NCBI GenBank assembly: GCA_964421335.1
Contig: CAYQWU010000002.1
Coordinates: 1 to 27,420, forward strand
DNA from: an uncultured Candidatus Peribacteria bacterium
GTDB lineage: Bacteria > Patescibacteriota > Gracilibacteria > BD1-5 > JAGOOR01
Direction of reading: 5' to 3'
Length of the DNA: 27,420 nucleotides
Position 1 is the stretch's first letter. The number at the start of each line of letters is the position of its first letter. Under the pieces are notes generated by a model. That model was not told the origin of the DNA. It saw only the letters and a list, made by a program, of their open reading frames with translations, and ran no database searches. The position numbers and the translations under genes were made by a program. Shown here piece by piece: positions 19,501 through 27,420 of this stretch.

Positions 19501-22500
19501 TGATCAGGCGAAATCCTCATACTTCACGGGAGCTATCAGCTATAATGGTCCAGGGTTTGTGGATCCAGATACTATGCCGCGAGCATCTACATTTGAGCTC
19601 CGCACAAAACAAGAACAAGCAAATAACCTCCTCTTTACTCAGATACAGATGCCCTCTACTCAGCCTGCTACTCTCGCTCCCCCAGAGAGTTTGGGTACGA
19701 CTGTCGTTGATAGTTTTGCAGGGAATTCTACCAATAGTCTCTCAGGACTTCCAAATGGTCTGCTCAGGATGTATGATGGCAATGCTACCAATCTCGCCAA
19801 TTCACTCCGATTCGGTTATGATGCATTTGAATCAGACAATGATAGTATAGTTTCTGTCACCGCCGAAACAGGTCAACAGTATGATACGGTTAACCTCCTG
19901 AAGGCACCATTTATCATACCTACATCACTCTCAGTGATGAAACAGTACAAATCTCTGGAGGCTTCTGGTCAAGTCCTCTCAGGATCACCAATAGAAGTCA
20001 AAATAACGCTCAAAAATACTTCATCACAAAATATCAGCAACATCCTCCTGCTCGAAAAATTTGCGGATTATATAGATATTTCTGAGTTGCAGTATGATCT
20101 CGTTCGTCGTGAGAAAAAAGAAACACGGAAATTTATCACTGATAGCAATGAGAATCATTCAGGTATAGCAGATCTGAGAAATGTTTCCATCTCACCAGGG
20201 GAGACTATCACTCTCGTTTATACGGGGACTCTCAAATCATTCTCTTTTGGGAAATTTGATGTTGGCTATCTCGAAGATACACAAGATCCTACTTCCACTC
20301 AGGCAATATCAAAATCAGAAATACGCAGTATCAATACGACAGCTTCCGAGAAAGAATCACTCCCAGAAAGTGAATTCTATAATCATGATAGCTATGGAGA
20401 TATACGATTCAATCCCAATGAAACATGTGGAGGTCCTATCCTCCTCTGGCGTTCACACAATACCTATGATCGTACCTATCATGAGGCCCTCATAAAGCGT
20501 GAAATAGCGGACCCTGTGGCAAATGCTGTCCGATTGAGTAGTGATCCGACAAGTCAAAATCCTGCAACATCAGGCGCGCCTCGTCCAGCTCAACAATTGA
20601 CTGAATCTCAGTTGGCTGACAAATCTCAAGCTCAACTCTCATCATGGCAAAAGGACAGCGATGGTGATTCTATTCCAGATAAGGATGATAATGATTATGG
20701 TGATGTATTTCAGATGGTGATGCAGAATAATATACCTCAGATACTCTCGAGTCTCTGAAAAATCGATGGAGTCGCAGGTGGTATCACAGGTGGTTTAGAT
20801 AAAATACTCTCAAGTCTCGGCTCTGGTTTCGGTAATGCTATTTCACAGCCAATTAACTGGTCACCGAATATGCCGGGTAATACTATCTCTGCTCTGGGCT
20901 ATGCTGTTCCGTGAGCAAATACTCCTCCGAAAGCCTGTCATAAAGATGTTCGTTGTTGAGATCCTGTTATCTCATATCCGACTGGTGCAAAGCGTCGTTG
21001 AGCAGGAGGTCTTCGTGATTTCCTCTGAGGCTGACCAACTGTTACGGGGGGGAGTGGTCTCAACGATGCTCCTGACAGTACTGGATCAGTGAAGCCTCTC
21101 GCAGCAGGAGAATATACCCCTGGTTTGGGTATCTCAAAGTTCCGAGTATTTCTCGATACGACCCTCACAGGAGCTATGACGCAGCTTGTTTGTTTTGGTC
21201 CCAATAATGCTATCCCAAATAAGCCATGAATGTTTCCTCTCCGATTTGATGGTAACTGTATCTATGCAATTCTCGATCAGTTGTCTCAACTTCTCAAAGA
21301 TGATGGCAGTGAGGATAAGCCTCTCGAGAATGAAACAGATGTTTCTGACACTTTACCTCCTGAAGAAGAGAAGCGTGATAATCCAGAAAGGAAAGACCGA
21401 GCAGTGTTTTCTAATGCGAGCTCTTGTTCGTCATTTGATCCGATAGACTCCTATCCGACAGACCTGTCACAGGCGGCGGCCGCTTATTTTTCTCAGAGAA
21501 ATGATGAAAATACGACTGCACTTCTCACACAAATTGCCGAAAATCCGCAGGTAGTCGATGGTTCTTCATCGAGTGATTCAGCTCTCGAGCTCCTCTCGAA
21601 ATACGGTGACGATATACTCAAGATAGCTCTCAATCCTGATGTGATGAATTTCCTGGGATGAATCACAAATCCTGAATCTATCAATCTCCAGAGCGTCAAA
21701 GGTTTCCCTAATTTTATCATGGATTGGTATCAGAGGCAGATGGATGAGATTATGGCGAGTCTGACACAATTTCCTGATCTCAAGCTCGCCCTTCCTGACT
21801 TTGCAGGAGCACACATAGATACATGAGCTATACCTGGTCTCGAATCAGGTCTCCAGCAGGGTGTTGCTTCTGCTCTTCCTAGTGTGCAACCATCTTCATT
21901 TTTGAGTAGCTTCCTCCCGACAGCAGACGCTCTTTCTCTGCAATCATTATTTAATCGAGGAGAAGAAGATTCTCTGTATAAAATTACAGGAGTACCTCAG
22001 ACAGCTTTTGAGAGATTCCCTATAACGGTTAATCCAAAGATGAAGCGTGTTGATGCAAATATTCCCTATGCTAACGGTCCAGATATAAAGAAGAAACTTA
22101 TAGAATATCAGAAGGCACTTGAGGCTCCACAGAGCGCTGCGAATCAATCACGATTACGACAAAATATCGAACGACTCAAAGAGTATCAAGAATTGCCAGA
22201 GAGGCTCCAAGAGGCTTATTATGAAAAAGAAAAACATCTCTATGGTCTTTCAAAAAATGTGAAATCAACACAAGAATTCATGGGGGATTGGATGGAGGAT
22301 AACGGTCCAAAATTTAACAATTGGTCTGAATCGTTTGTTCTCAACAAGAAGATGCTTGGATCGTGGCAATGACTCATCGATGTCTTTAACGACTACGAAG
22401 CAGAGTGTGGAGTCAATCGTAATGAGCGATGGAACCTCCAACACTGGATGTCTGCTGTCATCCCAGAGATTATCCCCAATATGCCTATTATGGAATTACC

Positions 22501-25500
22501 GAGATTTAACGATGTTAAATTGGATAATTCCAATATTGATCCTACTATAGATGCTGAAATACCAGAATATAATCTCACATTTCAACCTGTGTCTCTCCCT
22601 GATGCTCCGATAGGTACCTCCGCAGGACCGATGGCATTGATTCCAGAAATTCCAAGTCTCTCAACAGGCATAGCCCCTCCATCGGTGGATATCCCCCAGC
22701 TTGCTGATTTGCCTCCTGCTCCGAAAATGCCATCACTCTCTCCAGCTCTCAAGCCAGCTCTCGGAATATTTAATGCGACAACGAAATTTCAGTGCCTCTA
22801 CCGTAAGGTTCCTCTCGCTCCTGAGTGGGTAGCATGAACGAAGGTTGCTCACAAAACTGAGAGAAAGTGATATCTCCCTTTTGATTTCCTTGACAGGGAT
22901 AAATGATACAAGGAGGATTATAAAAATCCTAAAAGATTCTTGCCTGATCTGAGTACGATAGATGCTATTGCCAATCGTAGCGTAGGTGATTCGGAGATAT
23001 CGTTTGATAACATAGAGGAGTCTCTGGGTAATCTCGAGGAAGCACTACAGATAGAGTTTGCGTCTACAGAATCTGATACACCAGCTACACCTCCAGAGAA
23101 TCGTCCGGATAATCAGAAAGATATACCTCAAAACAATTCCGATACTCTCGAAGAATCTATCGTACAAATCCCAGCTATGATTCGCGAGCTTATCGCTGCG
23201 ACACAAAATCCACAGCTCGTCACGCCACAGGAGGGGCTTGCTCAATTTTCTGACTTGATTCGGGATATGGATATGAGACCAGAACGACGGGCTCAATTTG
23301 ATCAACTCCTGGATACGACCCAACTATCAGCCCCTACTTTCGCTCCCGTTCTGGCTCAGATGAACGAGAGATTTGACCAGATAGACACAGCTATACAGTT
23401 GGATAGGGAAGAAAATAATCGACTCATCCAGGATATCATCGCGTGGGGCAATAATTCAAAAACACTGGAAGAGATACCATCACTTGCGGGAAAAATATCT
23501 GGAAAAGCCCACCTCGCACAAAGCGCAAATAAGAGTTATCTCGCATCACTCGATCCCAGCATTTTGAATCCTCTTTCTTCTGTAGTGGCACCATCCATAC
23601 AGAGCCTTTCTCCTCTTCTCTCTGTCACCACTACAGCTCCTGTTCCTGCCCCTTCAGATGTGACGACATTTGCGACTATGGTAGACGAACAAGGACTGAG
23701 AAAAGCTCAATGACTCTATGTGACATATGGTACTACTACTCAGAAAGTCATAGATCTGGACGAAGGTATCAATGGTAACAATAAGCTCCACACTGTGGAT
23801 GACGACAGAGACGGAGACCTGGATCTCTACTACTCAATCTGAAACATCATTTATAGGAAAGAAAATCATTCGAACACGCCAATATCCTACACTATCAAAG
23901 ATGCTCCAAAGGTCTACACAACGACAGATATATATCGTGATTTTTTCAATATAAAAACTCCCAACCTCGCCCTCATACCTCGAGATGGGCAGATACATAT
24001 TCGCCAGAATAATTCTCCTGCGAGTGTCCGATATCAGACACTTATGAAACAGGGGAATGAGCATCTTCGCCTCAGCCTCTTCCGCTCTCTCTTTGAAACC
24101 AACTCCGAAAAAGCTCGCTATCAAGTCGACATACTTCCTCAGACAAAGAATGATCCAGCAATGCCTGTCTCGAGTGTGCCCTATATAGCTGATATCGATT
24201 GAACTGTTTTCATAGAACATAATAAGATCTACCGTACCCTCCTCACCAGAGGTAAATATATCGATGAAAATGGTGCTTCACAAGACCTCTCACCTGATTT
24301 TATCATCCGTGGCGGACAGTCAGGATATACGACTGAATCCACTACTCTCGATGTCACGACGAAAGGGAAAACTGCTTCATATAAGATGACTACTGGGCAG
24401 AGAGTTAGATTTGCGAGTGATAGTAGTGTCACTGTACAGAGATGATCACTCATACTCTTTGGTACGACTGCTGAGAAAAGACCTCTCAGTGTCAGAGATA
24501 CACGACTCCCTCTCCTCCCAACAGATCGTCTCATTACTGATAAAAATGGCAGCGTCACAATCGTTTTCCCTGATGGTCAAAAAACTCTTGTGGGGTCTTC
24601 TCAATATTGGTCACTTAGTGAATACGCTCCAGGTGTTGGTGTGAAAAAACTCTCACTTCCTGTCGAATCCGAATGGTACTATGGTACTCTGACTGATTCC
24701 CGCAGTTTGATAGAAACGGGATTCCCTCGTGGCACAGTATTTGATGCGTATGCAGAATTTTCGCAGGGAAGTATCATGGCTCAGATTCCATCTCAGATAA
24801 AGCTTTCTCTTCCGAGTCCGACGGAGATTGATTTCCAATCATATTTCCCAGCAGACACGCTGACCAATGTAGAGATATTCCGTCTCCCGTCATCTCAGTA
24901 TAGGAGGGTTTCTCCTACTCGTATAGCATTTGAAACACAGAAGGATAGTACTGAAATACTTGTCCGAGTCACCATCGCATGACGGGTCAGAGACTATACG
25001 ACGAGAATTGTCACAGATCCACCAAAACTCGGCATCAATGCTCTCGATAAAAATGGAAAAGTCTCTGGAGCAACCATCTCTGTATCTCCAATTCTACCTC
25101 TCTGAATCCAGACATACATCGATAATCAGAACTGGACACTCGCTCGATGATTTGGGAGCAATGATGATGCTTTCTCTACTTCTGTCGTGCGCACAGCTCC
25201 CCTCATATCTCTCAATTATGGTGCAGATCCTTTGACGACATTTAAGAGAGAATCTGGTACACCAACTCTCTGAGGTACTCTCTCTGCTGTTCCTCTTATT
25301 TCACTCGGTAAATCTTTTGCTTATTCGATACGACTCAGTGGTGTTGAGAGACTTCAGGTGAGATATGATTTCCCAGAGACTACTTACCGCCAAGTAGCAA
25401 CTCTCGAAGAGGTGAAAAATCCGGGAATATATGTCATAGGTTCAGGTCTGCGACTTGAGCCATCAGCTATTCGCGATTCACTCAAATGAGTATATATTAC

Positions 25501-25690
25501 AGATACTTCCTACAGGCCGATGATTACGCTGGATTCTCGTGGCATCATCCGTACTCTCGACACCAATATTACATGGACGCTGAATATGGATAATAATCGT
25601 GTGAGCTTCATACTCTCTCGCGATAGAGTCGAGCTCGGTAGAATAGTGATAAATGGTGAGACTATTACGAGTCTGGAGACTCAGTATTAG
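13586..25690 (+). CDS. Giant secreted or surface protein (about 4,034 aa) with FG-GAP/VCBS motifs, Ig-like and DUF11-like domains and Pro-rich and helical regions
   Basis: All plausible plus-strand track fragments from 13586 to 24982 lie in one frame. A hand read of that frame found no TAA or TAG until 25688-25690, only about 55 TGA(Gly). Signal peptide 13586-13684; DTNSDTKKD, GDFIGDGYAD and DMDHDGIDD (19067-19400); DSDGDSIPDKDD (20654); DDDRDGDLDLYY (23798). Confidence 0.9.
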
Positions 25691-27420
25691 ATGAGTTTTT
25701 CTCCTATTTCCTTTTTTGTGTCTATCATCTTGCCACCTATATCGAGCCATACATGATAGTCTCAAGGGGCATATCATTCGAGGAGTGTCTTTATCTCGAG
25801 GAGTGTTTCTCGTGGTGTTTTATCCGAGAGCTTGAGAGTGATTATCTTATCCTCTATTACACAGGTATATGCCTTTTGTAGTTCTAGAAATAAGAGCGAT
25901 TCTTCTGTTTCCTTATCGCCAAAAATTCCTTCATTCCGAGCCGCTGTTCGGAGGTCAGATATTGTCGACCTTTTTACCTGGTCTGCCTCGATAGATATCT
26001 CCCGCATTTCTACTTTGCAATTCAGTTTCCCTTTCACGAGGATGATTTCCCCTGTATTGATATGACGAGCTATTTGATCGTACATCTTCGGGAAGACTAT
26101 GACGGTGAATTTCCAGCCTGTACTCGAACAAGTCGCGATAAGCATATTGTCGCCTTTTTTTGTTTGAATTTTTTTGACCGTATCGACATAGCCTATGACT
26201 TGCACTATGGGTTTTTCTTTCTTTTCTTTTTTTACTTCTTCTTCCGGTGTGTCATCTACTTCTTTCTCTTCTACGATGACCTCACCTCCATCACTGACCT
26301 CATCCGCTACCATCACTTCCTCTGTGATACTTTCTTCGAGGAGAGAGAGGAATTCTCATACCTTATCGAGACCGAGGGATTTCCTCTCTATGTATCGCTT
26401 GAGTCCATCGAGCGGATCTCCCGAGATACTCATGCCAATAGCATTTCTCTCTTCGCGGATTTTTTCTTCAAAGGACAATGGGGCGCCTGATTCGAGTATG
26501 AGACCACTTCCGGTCATGCCTTCTCCGAGATCAAACATGTCCATCTGTTTCGTACTTGTTTTGTGTTCTATTTCTCTGAGATATCCTGCCATCCTCTCCA
26601 TATTTGCGAGCATATGACCCCGTTCTCAGAGAGTGTCCATGGCACCACTCTTGATGAGAGCATCGAGTGTTTTTTTGTTGATGACATCTGATCCTGTTTT
26701 CTGTACGAGGTCTTCGAGTGTCGTATAATTCCCTCATTCTCGTCCACTCAATATCGTACCAATCGGTCCATCACCGACTCCTTTTATAGCTTTGAGCCCG
26801 AAACGGATTTTCGTCTTATCAATATAGGTAAAGTGCCTCCTTGATTCGTTTACATCAGGGACGAGTACCTGGATTCATTTTGAGCGAGCTTCATTTATCT
26901 CGAGAACGATTCGGTCGCTGTCATCCTCATCTGAGACCATGAGTGCTGTTAGGAATTCTGTTGGATAGTACGCCTTCAGATACGCAGTCTGATACGCAAT
27001 CATCGAATAACAGGCTGCGTGAGATTTGTTGAAACCATATCCAGCAAAGGGTTCGATGATATCAGTGAATATGTAGGTTGCGAGTTTTTCTGAGTGTCAG
27101 ATTTTCATCGCTGCCTCTATGAATTTGCCTTTCTGCTCGTCCATGAGTTCTTTAATTTTCTTACCCATCGCTCGTCGGAGTATGTCAGCTTCACCGAGAG
27201 AGAATCCAGCAAATGCCTGAACGAGCTGCATGATTTGTTCTTGGTAGACGGCTATACCCTGAGTCAGTTGGAGGATTTGTGCGAGAGATTCGTGCGGGTA
27301 TTTCACTTTTTCTTTTCCGTGTTTTCTCTTGATGTAGGTCGGGATGTAGAGCATCGGACCTGGTCGGTAGAGTGACACCATGACGATGATATCTTCAAAT
27401 GTATTGGGCACCAGCTCCTG
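25687..27420 (-). CDS. dnaE: DNA polymerase III alpha subunit, C-terminal 577 aa (5'-truncated by window edge)
   Basis: SLYRPGP, GIAVYQEQIM, GEADILRRAMGKK, FAGYGFNKSHA-x-x-Y, IRFGLKAIKG-x-G, E-x-x-x-IG-x-x-ISGDPL and an OB-fold, in one frame through TGA codons to TAA at 25689-25687. Confidence 0.97.

Noticed and set aside
21040-21055. Apparent frameshift at the G7 run in the giant gene
   Set aside because: Recounting gives ACG GGG GGG AGT, which stays in frame with the downstream 21230 fragment. It could still be a slippage site, but nothing here shows variation.
4192-25690. Widespread pseudogenisation (many in-frame stops)
   Set aside because: All interruptions are TGA, fall at Gly positions, keep frame and occur in essential genes such as dnaE and greA. 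This is recoding, not decay.
1-27420. Table 4 (TGA=Trp, Mollicutes-like) or selenocysteine read-through
   Set aside because: TGA aligns with conserved Gly, while conserved Trp residues use TGG, and the TGA density is far too high for Sec.
1-27420. Very frequent CTCGAG/CTCGAT/TCGA words
   Set aside because: Explained by preferred codon pairs (CTC-GAG Leu-Glu, CTC-GAT Leu-Asp, ATC-GAG). A codon-controlled test would be needed before claiming a signal.
25687-27420. Intein or split in dnaE
   Set aside because: The visible part aligns continuously with known DnaE motifs. The low-complexity E/K patch near 26200-26270 is a short linker before the OB-fold.
1-27420. CRISPR array, tRNA/rRNA genes, transposase, integrase or prophage genes
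   Set aside because: No regularly spaced repeats, cloverleaf-like segments or such protein motifs were seen, and intergenic spaces are short.

Overview
This 27.4-kb window is bacterial chromosome from an organism that reads TGA as glycine (translation table 25), most likely Candidatus Gracilibacteria or its sister group Absconditabacteria (CPR/Patescibacteria). The supplied table-11 ORF track therefore breaks most real genes into pieces. Re-read by hand with TGA=Gly, the window holds, in order: the 3' end of an ACT-domain (RelA/SpoT-like) gene, rpsU, a small membrane protein, a PrsW-family protease, a hypothetical protein, a secreted 3D-domain/peptidoglycan-binding protein, YraN, a four-helix-bundle gene flanked by inverted repeats, transaldolase, a split transketolase with a phosphodiester-glycosidase gene between its halves, a membrane hypothetical, greA, a DUF212 protein, an AT-rich HNH nuclease, adk, rplU, two tandem LysM-CHAP hydrolases, one continuous 12.1-kb ORF (about 4,034 aa, secreted adhesin-like protein with FG-GAP/VCBS motifs) and the 3' part of dnaE. 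The most interesting signals are the giant gene and the cell-wall enzymes around it, a recurring TTGnnn-N15-TAnnnT promoter spacing (15 bp rather than about 17), -10 boxes placed as for leaderless transcripts, and the inverted-repeat cassette. No rRNA, tRNA, CRISPR array or transposase was seen. All translations, counts and domain calls were made by eye, with no database searches.
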